Assembly: GCA_024639925.1 (NCBI GenBank)
Contig: JAHEGA010000001.1
Span: 1-58,334 of the forward strand
Origin: Microbacteriaceae bacterium
GTDB lineage: Bacteria > Actinomycetota > Actinomycetes > Actinomycetales > Microbacteriaceae
Reading direction: 5' to 3'
Length of the DNA: 58,334 nucleotides
Part shown: positions 20,250 to 30,031 of the stretch, in pieces
How positions within the stretch are numbered: position 1 is the stretch's first letter
How the letters are laid out: the number at the start of each line of letters is the position of its first letter
The notes under the pieces: model-generated
The model's input: the letters and a program-made list of their open reading frames with translations, nothing else
Database searches by the model: none
Told to the model about the DNA's origin: nothing
Translations under genes and position numbers: made by a program

Positions 20250-20999
20250 GTGGCATTTTTGGAGGGTTCTCCCCCACGGGTCATTGCTCACCGAGGTTTA
20301 GCGCTTGAGGCTGCAGAGAATACTGTGGCGGCCTTTCAGGCAGCCCTGGATGCCGGTGCCGACATTCTGGAAACTGATGTTCATCTGAGTAAAGACGGAC
20401 AGGTGATTGTCGCTCACGACGCCGACCTCGCCCGAGTGGCAGCGCGAGAAGGTTTCGTCTCTGACCTGACTGCTGCGGAACTGGCGGGTCTGGACTTGGG
20501 CTTTGGGCAGGGTTTCCCGACCTTGGGTGAGGCCCTAGAGCGCTTTCCTGAGGCTCGCTTCAATATTGATTTGAAAACGCCTGCGGTGGTGGACGCCTTT
20601 GTCGATACCGTCCGCACCACCGGCTCTGAGAGCCGGGTACTTGTCGCTTCGTTTGATGAAACCAGCCGCGCTAGCGCCGTGGCGAGACTCGGTCACGTTG
20701 CCTCCAGCGCGACAAGTTCGCATGTTGTTGCCGGCCGGCTGATTAGCGCCTTTGGCCTCCCGCTGGGCTTGTGGAAGGTTCCGCCGGGCATCGTGGCATT
20801 GCAAGTGCCTCCTACCTACCGAGGCCTTGCCCTCGTGACGCCCCAACTCGTGGGACTCGCTAAACGCAAAGGACTCGAAGTCCACGTGTGGACCATCAAC
20901 GAGCCTCAGAGCATGGAGCGCTTGTGGAAAATGGGCGTGAGCGGGATTGTGACAGATCGCGCAGATCTTGCCGTGCACGTCCGGGATCAGCTGGCTTAG
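20250..20999 (+). CDS. Glycerophosphodiester phosphodiesterase family protein
   Basis: 'IAHRG', 'ENT', 'LETDVH', 'VAHD', 'VHVWTIN', 'GIVTDR'; start uncertain (20244 or 20250). Confidence 0.9.
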   Translation: MAFLEGSPPRVIAHRGLALEAAENTVAAFQAALDAGADILETDVHLSKDGQVIVAHDADLARVAAREGFVSDLTAAELAGLDLGFGQGFPTLGEALERFPEARFNIDLKTPAVVDAFVDTVRTTGSESRVLVASFDETSRASAVARLGHVASSATSSHVVAGRLISAFGLPLGLWKVPPGIVALQVPPTYRGLALVTPQLVGLAKRKGLEVHVWTINEPQSMERLWKMGVSGIVTDRADLAVHVRDQLA

Positions 21000-22579
21000 G
21001 GCCTCGTTGCGGCTTCTTTGCGGCGAACTCGACCTCGGTGGGACGCCATCGCAATACCCAGTCCGGCTAGCGTCAGGCCGATCACAAAGGTTTCCACACT
21101 GCGACCCAGCGCGGTGGCGGGTGTCAGTGTGGTGGACAACGGCACATCCTGAATCATGTAGCCCTCGGTGTACACGGGGAGCCGATCGAGAGTCTTTCCG
21201 TAGGGGTCCATGATGGCGCTCGTGCCGACGGTGGAGACATTCACTACGCTGCGACCAGTCTCAATGGCTCGCAGGCGAGCTATGGCGAGCTGTTGAACGC
21301 TTTGGTCGGTCCTGCCGAAGTCGGCATTGTTGGTAGGGGCAAAGATGATGTCTGCCCCCTCCCCCATGATCGACCAGAGGATTTCATCATCCACAATGTC
21401 GAAGCAAATGGCGATACCCGCAAGAGCACCCTCTAGCGCGAACACCGTGTCTCGCTGCCCAAAGGAATAGTCCCGGGGAATCATCGAGAACAACGCGGGC
21501 GCCAACGGGTAGAAGAAGTCCCTTTCGGGCAGGTACTCAGCAAAGGGGACCGGGTGAATTTTGTCGTACTGGTCTCGGGCGATTCCTCGCTCAAGCTCGT
21601 CATCCCACTCCCACAGCAGCATGCTGTTGTAGGAGTCATCACCATCTTTGGTGATCGCTCCTACCACGAGGGGTGCGTTGAGCTCCCGAGAGACTTCGGA
21701 CACCACAGCGGCTGCTCCGGGGTAACGGAGGGGGTCAATATCGGAGGCATTTTCTGGCCAGAGAATGACATCCACGTCTTCGTCATACAGCTCACGCGTC
21801 ACCTGGTAGTGATCACTCAGGTTGTCTCCCCGATCATAGTCCGCGTAAAGACCAGCGTCAGCATTTCCTTGGACACCCAGAACGCGGAGGGACCCTGATT
21901 CTTGGATGGGCCACGCCGGCCACACGAGCAAGGCTACGAGACCAGCTGCACTCACCGTGAGAGCAGCATCAGCGCTCATTCGCCGCTCCGTGAAAGCGGC
22001 AATGACTCCGGCCACAAACCAGATCAGCAGGAAGCTGAAACCACTTGTTCCGACCCACGCAATCAAGGGAGCCAGCGGGCTTTCCGATTGACTCTGGGCG
22101 ATTCGCGCCCAGGCAAAACCACCCCACGGGTAGACGCTGCTGATCGCCTCACGGGTGACCCAGGCCCCGGCGATAAGAGCCGGAACCACCACCAATCTGC
22201 CGGACAACGACGTCCATTGTGCTGAAGAGTAGCGCCACACGAGCGAAATGAGCCCTAACCCCAGGGAGAAGAAAAACACCTGGGCGAGAACCAAGGCAAC
22301 CCAGGGAATGAGGCCCAAGTAGACCGTGAGCCACCAGATGTGAATTCCATAGAAAGAGAAACTTCCCAGCGCTCCCACCAGAAGCGCCTGCGGGAAGCTC
22401 ACCCCCCTGACCGACAGAATCATCAGACCGGCTCCGACTAGCGCGAGAGGCCACCAATCCCGATCCGGAAACCCGAGATCCATCACCCACCCGGCGAATA
22501 CCGCCAGAGGCAGAGCCACGCGCAGCGGCACCCTAAAGCGGATGCCCCGATGAGAGGGAAGGGCGAAAAGTGGAATCAT
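20996..22579 (-). CDS. lnt: Apolipoprotein N-acyltransferase
   Basis: TM N-terminus; nitrilase triad 'WPEN', 'YDKIHPVPFAEY', 'ICFD'. Confidence 0.95.
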   Translation of the reverse strand: MIPLFALPSHRGIRFRVPLRVALPLAVFAGWVMDLGFPDRDWWPLALVGAGLMILSVRGVSFPQALLVGALGSFSFYGIHIWWLTVYLGLIPWVALVLAQVFFFSLGLGLISLVWRYSSAQWTSLSGRLVVVPALIAGAWVTREAISSVYPWGGFAWARIAQSQSESPLAPLIAWVGTSGFSFLLIWFVAGVIAAFTERRMSADAALTVSAAGLVALLVWPAWPIQESGSLRVLGVQGNADAGLYADYDRGDNLSDHYQVTRELYDEDVDVILWPENASDIDPLRYPGAAAVVSEVSRELNAPLVVGAITKDGDDSYNSMLLWEWDDELERGIARDQYDKIHPVPFAEYLPERDFFYPLAPALFSMIPRDYSFGQRDTVFALEGALAGIAICFDIVDDEILWSIMGEGADIIFAPTNNADFGRTDQSVQQLAIARLRAIETGRSVVNVSTVGTSAIMDPYGKTLDRLPVYTEGYMIQDVPLSTTLTPATALGRSVETFVIGLTLAGLGIAMASHRGRVRRKEAATRP

Positions 22580-22584
22580 GGGCC

Positions 22585-24999
22585 TTAGGCCACACTGCTC
22601 ATCGCGACGACGCCCCGAAATACTCGGGCTCGCGCATCGAGGGCGACCTCGTGGATGGGTCCCACCCCGACCGTAATGATTTGGTCAAGAACGTCGATGA
22701 TTTGCTTGCACCAGCGAACGAAGTCCCCGGCCTGCACATCGTGGCCGTCCAGTACTGACTCCAATCGTCGCCCAGAAGCCCAGCGATACACCGCGAGCGA
22801 CAGGTGTGCGGCAAGGTCGCTGGAGCCCGCCACGTGGTGGTCTGCTTCAATGCGTCGGAGCTTTTCGTGCAGGACTATCGTCGCCCTCAATGCGTGCGGA
22901 AATTCACCCGTGGGCATGTCGTGGGGGTGAAGGGGCGCGTCATCGCGGCGCGGTTCGTACACAATTGCCGCAACTATCGCAGCGAGAGAAGGTGCATCGA
23001 GGTCATTCCACACCTGTCGGCGCAGACACTCGGCCACAAGCAGGTCGCGCTCGCCGTAAATCCGGCGCAGTGTTTCGCCGTGAACCGTGGGTTCGACCTC
23101 GTCGCCTTCGCCACGAAGATAACCGGCGTCATGAAGGACGGCCATGACTCGCTCGAAGACGGCGGGTATGGCACCGGTGCGTTTCCGGATTTGGCGCCTG
23201 ATCTTGTCGGTGTCGAGCTCCAGTTTCCACCAGCGGTTGGCCCACCGCGCGTGGGATTCTCGATCTTCGCAGCGGTGGCAGGGGTGGGTCTTCATCACGG
23301 TGCGCAACTGGTCGAGATCCTCGCGTTGGCTCTCCTGGGAGCGTCGGCCTCGCCCGCGTTGCCCGCCTTCTCGTTCTTTGTCGCTGAGCTCGCGACGAAG
23401 GGCCGCGTACTCGGCAAAGTCCCCCAGGTGACACTCGAAGGCTTTCTGATAACCCTCCAGCGACTCTTCGTTCTTGCGCACGCTTCGGGCGAGTTCAACC
23501 ACGTGGCGATCGGCTTGGAATTGGGCGAACGAGGATTCCAGGATGCTGCGGGTGCGCTCCACCCCGAACATGGCGATCAGATTCACGGCCATGTTGTAGG
23601 TGGGAGAGAAGCTTGATTTGAGTGGGTAGGAACGCCGGGAGGCAAGCGCAGCAACGGCTTCGGGAATAATCCCTGGCTGCCAAATGACGACTGAGTGGCC
23701 TTCGTGGTCAATGCCACGACGCCCCGCGCGCCCCGTCAGCTGGGTGTATTCCCCAGCAGTTATCGGCACCCGGGACTCCCCGTTGAACTTGTCGAGTTTC
23801 TCCAAGACGACTGTGCGCGCCGGCATGTTGATTCCCAGAGCTAGCGTCTCGGTCGCAAACACCACTTTGAGAAGTTTGCGTCGAAACAGCTCTTCGACAA
23901 CTTCCTTGAACATTGGCAGCATGCCGGCGTGGTGCGCAGCGACACCGCGCAAGAGCCCATCCACCCATTCGTGGTACCCGAGGACGGCTCGGTCGTCATC
24001 GTCCAGTCGATCGCAGCGCTCTTCCACAAGATCGAGGATGTCGTCACGCTCGTGCTCCTCGGTCAGGGTGACCCCCCTCCGGAGCACCTGATCAACGGCT
24101 TGGTCACAGCCTTTTCGGGAAAAGATAAAGAAAATGGCGGGCAAAAGGTCTTCGTCGTCGAGTTGCTCGACGACATCGGAACGGTAGACCTTGTGGCGTT
24201 TGTCCTCGTAGCGTTGGTAGCGTGGCGCACCCCTGCCCCGGCTCCGGTGCCCGCTCCCCCGGCCCAGCATCTGAGCTGTCTGGACTACCTCGGGATTGAC
24301 CGGAGTGTCATCATCGGCGGAAGCAAACAGTGGCAAAAACTTGTGGGAGAACATCATGTGCTGGTGAAGCGGTACCGGGCGCTCTTCGCTGACAATGACG
24401 TCGGTGTGCCCCCGCACAGTGTGCAGCCAGTCACCAAACTCTTCGGCGTTGGACACCGTGGCGCTCAGCGAGATTACCTGAACCGTGGAGGGCAAATGAA
24501 TGATGACTTCTTCCCACACCGCGCCGCGGAAACGGTCAGCGAGGTAGTGCACCTCGTCCATCACCACATAGCTGAGGTTGTCCAGTAGCTCGCTCCCGGC
24601 ATAGAGCATGTTTCGCAGCACCTCGGTGGTCATAATGACCACCTGCGCACGCGCATTAATACTGGTGTCACCCGTAAGAAGCCCGACTCGGTCTGCTCCG
24701 TAGGTGTCGACCAATTCTTGGAACTTCTGGTTGGACAGAGCCTTCATCGGCGTGGTGTAAAACACTTTGACATCGGGCTGCGCCATAGCGACATGGATGG
24801 CAAATTCGGCAACGATCGTCTTGCCCGCGCCGGTCGGCGCGGCGACCAACACTCCCCTGCCCGCCTCTACCGATTCGCAGGCCTGAATTTGGAAGGGGTC
24901 AAGGTCAAAAGCTTGAATCTCTCGAAACCGGGTAAGAAGGGGGTTCTTGGTTCGGGATTGAGCGATCTGATATCTCTCGGCCGGCGAAACGTCGGTCAT
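22585..24999 (-). CDS. helY: Ski2-like DEAD/DEAH RNA helicase (HelY)
   Basis: 'APTGAGKT', 'DEVHY', 'SAT', 'QLTGRAGRRG', DSHCT-like 'AGDFVRWCKQ'; ATG 24999 overlaps tatC stop. Confidence 0.92.
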   Translation of the reverse strand: MTDVSPAERYQIAQSRTKNPLLTRFREIQAFDLDPFQIQACESVEAGRGVLVAAPTGAGKTIVAEFAIHVAMAQPDVKVFYTTPMKALSNQKFQELVDTYGADRVGLLTGDTSINARAQVVIMTTEVLRNMLYAGSELLDNLSYVVMDEVHYLADRFRGAVWEEVIIHLPSTVQVISLSATVSNAEEFGDWLHTVRGHTDVIVSEERPVPLHQHMMFSHKFLPLFASADDDTPVNPEVVQTAQMLGRGSGHRSRGRGAPRYQRYEDKRHKVYRSDVVEQLDDEDLLPAIFFIFSRKGCDQAVDQVLRRGVTLTEEHERDDILDLVEERCDRLDDDDRAVLGYHEWVDGLLRGVAAHHAGMLPMFKEVVEELFRRKLLKVVFATETLALGINMPARTVVLEKLDKFNGESRVPITAGEYTQLTGRAGRRGIDHEGHSVVIWQPGIIPEAVAALASRRSYPLKSSFSPTYNMAVNLIAMFGVERTRSILESSFAQFQADRHVVELARSVRKNEESLEGYQKAFECHLGDFAEYAALRRELSDKEREGGQRGRGRRSQESQREDLDQLRTVMKTHPCHRCEDRESHARWANRWWKLELDTDKIRRQIRKRTGAIPAVFERVMAVLHDAGYLRGEGDEVEPTVHGETLRRIYGERDLLVAECLRRQVWNDLDAPSLAAIVAAIVYEPRRDDAPLHPHDMPTGEFPHALRATIVLHEKLRRIEADHHVAGSSDLAAHLSLAVYRWASGRRLESVLDGHDVQAGDFVRWCKQIIDVLDQIITVGVGPIHEVALDARARVFRGVVAMSSVA

Positions 25000-25793
25000 G
25001 CTGCTGCCGCGGGATTCTCTGACGCCCACACCCGGGCTTTTGCCGCAATGCGCCTGTCGTGGAGCCAGGCGATACCGGCGGCCACAAAATAGAGCGCCAC
25101 CATGGGGACGGCAAGAATGATCATGGAGACAACATCTGCCGCTGGTGTCGCCAACGCGGTGAACAGCGCAATGATCACAATCGCCCACCGCCAACCCGTG
25201 ATGATGGTTTTTGCGCTCAACACCCCAATGAAGTTCAGCAACACCAGGAACACCGGAAGGACAAACCCGACCCCGATTGCGAGCACAAATTTCAGCGAGA
25301 AATCAAGATAGACCTTGGCGGTGAGTAGCGTGGCGCTGTCTTCGGGGGCAAAACTGGTGAGAAGGGTGACGACGTTGGGCATAATCCACCAGCCCATCGC
25401 GACCCCAGCAAAAAATAGCGGGATGGAAGCTGTCAGGAAGCCCAGGGCGTAACGCTTTTCCTGGCGCAGCAGAGCGGGAACGAAAAAGGCCCACACCTGG
25501 TAGAGCCACACAGGAGCGGACATGACGATTCCGAGTACCAGCGCGATCGCGATTTTTGTGTCAAACGCCTCGGTTACCGAGGTGTAGTTGATCTCTGCGT
25601 TGCGATTTCGTTCCTGGGCGATCTCGAGAACCGGGTCGCTCAGCTCGGCCCACACGACATCGGCAAGAAACCAGCCCGCAACAGCAGCCACCAGGATCGA
25701 GATTCCGATGACGCCGAGGCGTCGGCGAAGCTCGACAAGATGCTGGCCGAGGGACATTCGCCCCTCTGGCGAGCGGTGGCGACGCTCAGCCAC
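24996..25793 (-). CDS. tatC: Twin-arginine translocase subunit TatC
   Basis: 'MSLGQHLVELRRRL', 'YQVWAFFVPAL..EK', six TM helices. Confidence 0.96.
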   Translation of the reverse strand: MAERRHRSPEGRMSLGQHLVELRRRLGVIGISILVAAVAGWFLADVVWAELSDPVLEIAQERNRNAEINYTSVTEAFDTKIAIALVLGIVMSAPVWLYQVWAFFVPALLRQEKRYALGFLTASIPLFFAGVAMGWWIMPNVVTLLTSFAPEDSATLLTAKVYLDFSLKFVLAIGVGFVLPVFLVLLNFIGVLSAKTIITGWRWAIVIIALFTALATPAADVVSMIILAVPMVALYFVAAGIAWLHDRRIAAKARVWASENPAAAA

Positions 25794-25795
25794 GA

Positions 25796-25999
25796 CTACT
25801 TCTTAGGAGATTCAGAACCTTCGGAGTTTGCGGGACTGTCCGACTCCCCTGAATCAGTTCCGGGACGCACTTCACTCTTGAAGATTTTGAGCGACTGCCC
25901 GAGGCTCTTTGCGAGACCCGGCAACTTCGGTGCACCAAACAACAACAAGACAACGACAATGAGGACGAGACCCGTCCAGCCGCCAAGATTTCCCGACAC
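25796..25999 (-). CDS. tatA: Twin-arginine translocase subunit TatA
   Basis: TM helix then 'LFGAPKLPGLAKSLGQSLKIFK'; start placed at GTG 25999. Confidence 0.93.
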   Translation of the reverse strand: MSGNLGGWTGLVLIVVVLLLFGAPKLPGLAKSLGQSLKIFKSEVRPGTDSGESDSPANSEGSESPKK

Positions 26000-26048
26000 G
26001 GTGTGCCCTTTCGTCGTGGTTTCCCCACTGTACCAGGGGGGTAGCGAT

Positions 26049-27029
26049 TTATTCCTGGTAGGCGGCGAGTGCCGTTTCGGCAAATTTTCGAACCGCGGCA
26101 ATAGCGGATTCTGGGCCGAGCACCTTCACGACCCCGGGGAAGCCTGCGACAAAACGGGTGAGTGATCCGTAGTGCGCAAAGGGCACGTCAAGCGTTACCG
26201 TCGTCGCGCCCGCGGGCGCTTTGAAGCCCCGCGGAAGGTAGTCAGCAATGAGCGGCAGCGCTTCACTGGCGCACTCGAGTGTCACCATGACGTCATTCGC
26301 GCTGGGTTCAAACAGGCTGTGGGCAAACGATGCTTCCGCCCCCTCGTGGCGGTCTTGGGCAATGGGGCCCACGACGACATTGTCCATGTGGTCCACTCGA
26401 AAGGTTCGCAACGCATTCCTGGTGTGGCAGTAAGCCCGGATGTACCAGAGGTGGTCTCTGGATTCGAGACGAAGCGGATCAATCCGCCTCTCCCCCGACT
26501 CACCGCGCTTGTTGTGGTAGGTCATCGTCACCGACATCCCACTGTCTATCGCTTGCGCCAGAGCTTCCAATCGCTTTTCGGCAGCGCTGTTGACCACCCG
26601 AAGCCGGTCGTTAGCGCCCGAGGCGCTTCCGGCGCGAAGCTTCTGCGTCAACTCCTGCACATCTGTGCGCCCCGCATAGGCAGGGTGGACGGCGAGGTAT
26701 TGCAAACCAGCAATGAGTGCCGAGGCTTCTTTCGCCGAAAACTGGGGTTTGTGGTCCAGGGCTACCGTGTTCCAGAAAGTAATTCGTCGCTCTGATTCGA
26801 AGAGATCCCAATCGATGTCAAACAAATCCAGATGCGAGTAGGCGCGACTATCTCCCGGCACCCCCGCACAGGCGATCAGTTCCACGGCGCGAACGATATC
26901 GGTGTCCGTACGGTGAAAATGTGCCGCTGCTTCCTCAACAGAAACCTCCTGTCGATCGAGCACATAGGGAACCAGCGAAAGCAACAGCATCAAGTTGTCA
27001 CTGGCGGGGGTGAGACCTTTAGCCGCCAT
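26049..27029 (-). CDS. pafC: HTH-WYL transcriptional activator PafC
   Basis: 'LLSLVPY' HTH start, 'RRIDPLRL..WYIRAYC..RTFRVD'; immediately upstream of tatA. Confidence 0.88.
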   Translation of the reverse strand: MAAKGLTPASDNLMLLLSLVPYVLDRQEVSVEEAAAHFHRTDTDIVRAVELIACAGVPGDSRAYSHLDLFDIDWDLFESERRITFWNTVALDHKPQFSAKEASALIAGLQYLAVHPAYAGRTDVQELTQKLRAGSASGANDRLRVVNSAAEKRLEALAQAIDSGMSVTMTYHNKRGESGERRIDPLRLESRDHLWYIRAYCHTRNALRTFRVDHMDNVVVGPIAQDRHEGAEASFAHSLFEPSANDVMVTLECASEALPLIADYLPRGFKAPAGATTVTLDVPFAHYGSLTRFVAGFPGVVKVLGPESAIAAVRKFAETALAAYQE

Positions 27030-28008
27030 GATGACCCACTAGCCCGGCCAGATTCGCTGTGACTCGCTCTCGGAGCTCCGGCGGGTGGGAGACCACCACG
27101 TCGCTGCCGTAGGCAGTTATTTCGTCAGCAAAAATTGCCAAGTCCGTGAAGTGAACAATCACTTCGGAGCCCTCAACGCTGCTGTCGGAGCGGGATGCCA
27201 GCGCGCTCCAGGCTTCGGAGTGAGGGGTAATCATCAGGCTTGCGCTCTGGCGAGCGTGGACGTCCCGGAGCGCTGTCACCGCTTCTTCGGTGACGCCATC
27301 GGGGGCAGGCTCGGCGACCTCGTCGGTGAGAGTAACCGAGGACACGATACGCCGCAGCAGGAACGTTTTTGCCAGGGCGCTTGCCGGCTCATACGCGTAT
27401 ACATGCCAGCGACCCTCGTGACTGACCAGTGCCCACGGCGACACGTGGCGCTTCGTTGCCTGCGCCTCCCCCGGCTTGAGGTAGCTAAACCGGATGGAGC
27501 GTCCCTCATCGATAGCGTTCCGAATGTTCTGCAGCGCAGGGTCACGCGTGGAGATCACCGGCGCGGACGCCATCAAGGATTCAGACACACTCACCCCAAA
27601 GCTCGCGAGTTTCATTTGCGCGACCCGAGACTCTCCCGAGAGGGTGCCTTCGCGCCACAGCGCTGCCGACAGGTTCAGCAGGGCGACATCGGTGGGGGAA
27701 AACTCCACTCCTTCGGGGAGGTCGTACGCACCTTTAGGGATTCGGTACGTGGTGAAACGGTTGTTCACATCTTCCGAGGCAGGAATGGAGACTTCCAGCG
27801 GTATGCCCAGTTCCCGGAGAGCATCTTTATCGCGCTCGAAACGACGGTTCAGCGACTCGTCGCTCGTTTCTGCGCGGTCGGAGTCTGCGTACCCACGAAC
27901 GCTGCCAAGGATTTGATCCTTGGTGAGGCCATACGAGCTTGACATGAGGGCAAGAATGAGGTGAAAGAGCCGATCCTCCGGCTGAATGGTGGGGCTTTTC
28001 TCGCTCAC
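27019..28008 (-). CDS. pafB: HTH-WYL transcriptional activator PafB
   Basis: 'RRFERDKDALRELGIP', 'RHVSPWAL..GRWHV..KTFLLRRI'. Confidence 0.9.
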   Translation of the reverse strand: MSEKSPTIQPEDRLFHLILALMSSSYGLTKDQILGSVRGYADSDRAETSDESLNRRFERDKDALRELGIPLEVSIPASEDVNNRFTTYRIPKGAYDLPEGVEFSPTDVALLNLSAALWREGTLSGESRVAQMKLASFGVSVSESLMASAPVISTRDPALQNIRNAIDEGRSIRFSYLKPGEAQATKRHVSPWALVSHEGRWHVYAYEPASALAKTFLLRRIVSSVTLTDEVAEPAPDGVTEEAVTALRDVHARQSASLMITPHSEAWSALASRSDSSVEGSEVIVHFTDLAIFADEITAYGSDVVVSHPPELRERVTANLAGLVGHHGG

Positions 28009-28042
28009 GTCGCCATCCTAGAGGGCGAGAGTTCGGCAACCG

Positions 28043-29035
28043 CTAGTTGTTCACGCCCAGGATGTCGAGCACGTACACGAGAGTCGCTTGGCTGGGCACA
28101 CCGGGGGGCGAACCACCTTCCGGGTAACCCAAGCTTGGGGGAATAGATACCAACACCTGCGAGCCTTCCGCAACACCTATGAGCGCTTCGGCGAGGCCGG
28201 GAATGATCCCTACGCCATCGGCTGCCGTGGTGAGGTCGGTGGCGACCAGTGATAACGGCACGCCTTGGTCAAAAGAGGAGATAAAAACACTCCGGGTTTC
28301 CCACACGAATCCTGTCAGGTGTGCGGTGACGAAAGCTCCCTCGGCAATGCTGTCCCCTTCGCCCTGTTTGAGAATCGAGATTCGTAACTCGTCGGGAATG
28401 GGTGCGTTGGGAAAGGTAAGCCCGTGGTGACCGGTGGGCGCTTGCGACACGGTGGGCAGCCCCGACTGCGGGAGCCGTGAGTCGCCTGTCGCGCTAGCCG
28501 GGTAGGTGTCGCGAACATCGACGACCACCACAATGGTGGAGTCTTGTTGGAGATAGTCATCTTCTCCAATCGGCCCGAACACATCGCCAACCGTCGACGT
28601 GATGACCACCGTGGCACCAGGCTTTTGGCACGCGAGAACTTCACCAAAGAATTCCGGAACGACTCCCGCAACGGGGCGACGAACAGGGTTGCCTTCCTGG
28701 TAGCTCGAGGCCGTCAGAAAAGCTTCGTCGGAGCCAACAAACACCGACACGTCAAAGTCAACAAAGCCACCGGATGGAGCGGGTGTTCCCGCACCCTCGT
28801 TGATGACGGTCAGTTGGCGACCATCGGTGACGAGCGGAGTAGGGAAACTCACCTCGGGAACGCCGTTGCCTGCCCCCGCGACCGCCACCAGGTCAGAAGT
28901 GGTGCCAGAGGCGAGAGGAAGAGCGCACTGGTCATCGGCATTGGCTGCCGACACGGCGAGGATCCCGGCGCCTCCGCCGACCAGGGCTATGGCTGAGGCA
29001 AGACCAAGAAGACGGGGCAGAGTGAACAGAGGCAT
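28043..29035 (-). CDS. Exported FKBP-type peptidyl-prolyl isomerase (two FKBP-like domains)
   Basis: Signal peptide; C-terminal 'IIPGLAEALIG..GSQVLVSIPPSLGY..TLVYVLDIL'; conserved position before pafB. Confidence 0.85.
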   Translation of the reverse strand: MPLFTLPRLLGLASAIALVGGGAGILAVSAANADDQCALPLASGTTSDLVAVAGAGNGVPEVSFPTPLVTDGRQLTVINEGAGTPAPSGGFVDFDVSVFVGSDEAFLTASSYQEGNPVRRPVAGVVPEFFGEVLACQKPGATVVITSTVGDVFGPIGEDDYLQQDSTIVVVVDVRDTYPASATGDSRLPQSGLPTVSQAPTGHHGLTFPNAPIPDELRISILKQGEGDSIAEGAFVTAHLTGFVWETRSVFISSFDQGVPLSLVATDLTTAADGVGIIPGLAEALIGVAEGSQVLVSIPPSLGYPEGGSPPGVPSQATLVYVLDILGVNN

Positions 29036-29044
29036 AGCCCCATT

Positions 29045-30031
29045 CTACGGGAGGTCCGTTGAGGGGGCTTTGCGGGAACGGTCCGCTCTGGCCTGCGCTT
29101 GGCGCACTGTTTGTCGGATCTTCTTGTCGCTGCCATGGCGTTGACCCGTGGCGCCCGGAGTCCACAATTCGATGTCCTCCTCCGAATACTCAGGCTTGGC
29201 CTGGCGCCTCTTTGTTTCTGGCAAAACGGCTCCAGGTGCTAAGAGTCGGGCCGTCATGACAAAGCCGGTGTGACCGATCATGCGGTGCTCGGGCCGAACA
29301 GCCAACCCCTCGACGTGCCAGGGACGAATCAACACTTCTTCTGCCTGAGGTTCGGTGTAGCGCCCGGACACCCGGAAAGCCTCCACCACGCGCGACAATT
29401 GAGTCACCGTCGCCACGTACACCGTGACGACGCCGCCAGAAATGAGAGCGTGAGAGACTGCCTCGACACATTCCCAGGGGGCCAGCATGTCCAGCACCAC
29501 CCGATCGACACTGCCTGCCTCACGCTCGAGAGCGCGCTCCTGAAAGTCGCCAATGAGGCAGTCCCAGTGGCTGGGGACCTCGCCGAGGAACGTGGCTACG
29601 TTGGCGGCGGCAATATCGGCAAACTCTTCTCGCCTCTCGATCGAAATGAGGTGGCCGCTCTCCCCTACCGCGCGCAACAGTGACAGCGTGAGCGAACCCG
29701 ACCCCACACCAGCCTCCATGACGGTGTGACCCGGTGCGACGTCGGCTATTGCGACGATATGGGCGGCATCTTTCGGATAAATAATCGCTGCGCCGCGCGC
29801 CATGGACAACACAAAATCGCCGAGCAGAGGCCGAAGGGCAAGATAGGCCACGCCGGAATCGCTCGTGACCACCGAGCCCTCAGGTGACCCAATCAGGTCA
29901 TCGTGGGAGATGACGCCCTTGTGGGTGTGAAACGCTCCCCCGGTTTCTAGGGTGATGGTGTGGAGCGTGCTCTTGGGTCCCCGGAGCTGGACGTGGTCGC
30001 CCTCCACAAAGGCCCCGCGCGCGGGGTTCAT
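29045..30031 (-). CDS. trmI: tRNA (adenine(58)-N1)-methyltransferase
   Basis: 'MARGAAIIYPKD', 'EAGVGSGSL', 'LDMLAPW', 'HRMIGHTGF'. Confidence 0.95.
   Translation of the reverse strand: MNPARGAFVEGDHVQLRGPKSTLHTITLETGGAFHTHKGVISHDDLIGSPEGSVVTSDSGVAYLALRPLLGDFVLSMARGAAIIYPKDAAHIVAIADVAPGHTVMEAGVGSGSLTLSLLRAVGESGHLISIERREEFADIAAANVATFLGEVPSHWDCLIGDFQERALEREAGSVDRVVLDMLAPWECVEAVSHALISGGVVTVYVATVTQLSRVVEAFRVSGRYTEPQAEEVLIRPWHVEGLAVRPEHRMIGHTGFVMTARLLAPGAVLPETKRRQAKPEYSEEDIELWTPGATGQRHGSDKKIRQTVRQAQARADRSRKAPSTDLP

Noticed and set aside
26049-28008. WYL pair as regulators of an anti-phage defence island
   Set aside because: Sequence and position (FKBP-pafB-pafC-tatA-tatC-helY) identify housekeeping PafBC, with no defence genes nearby.
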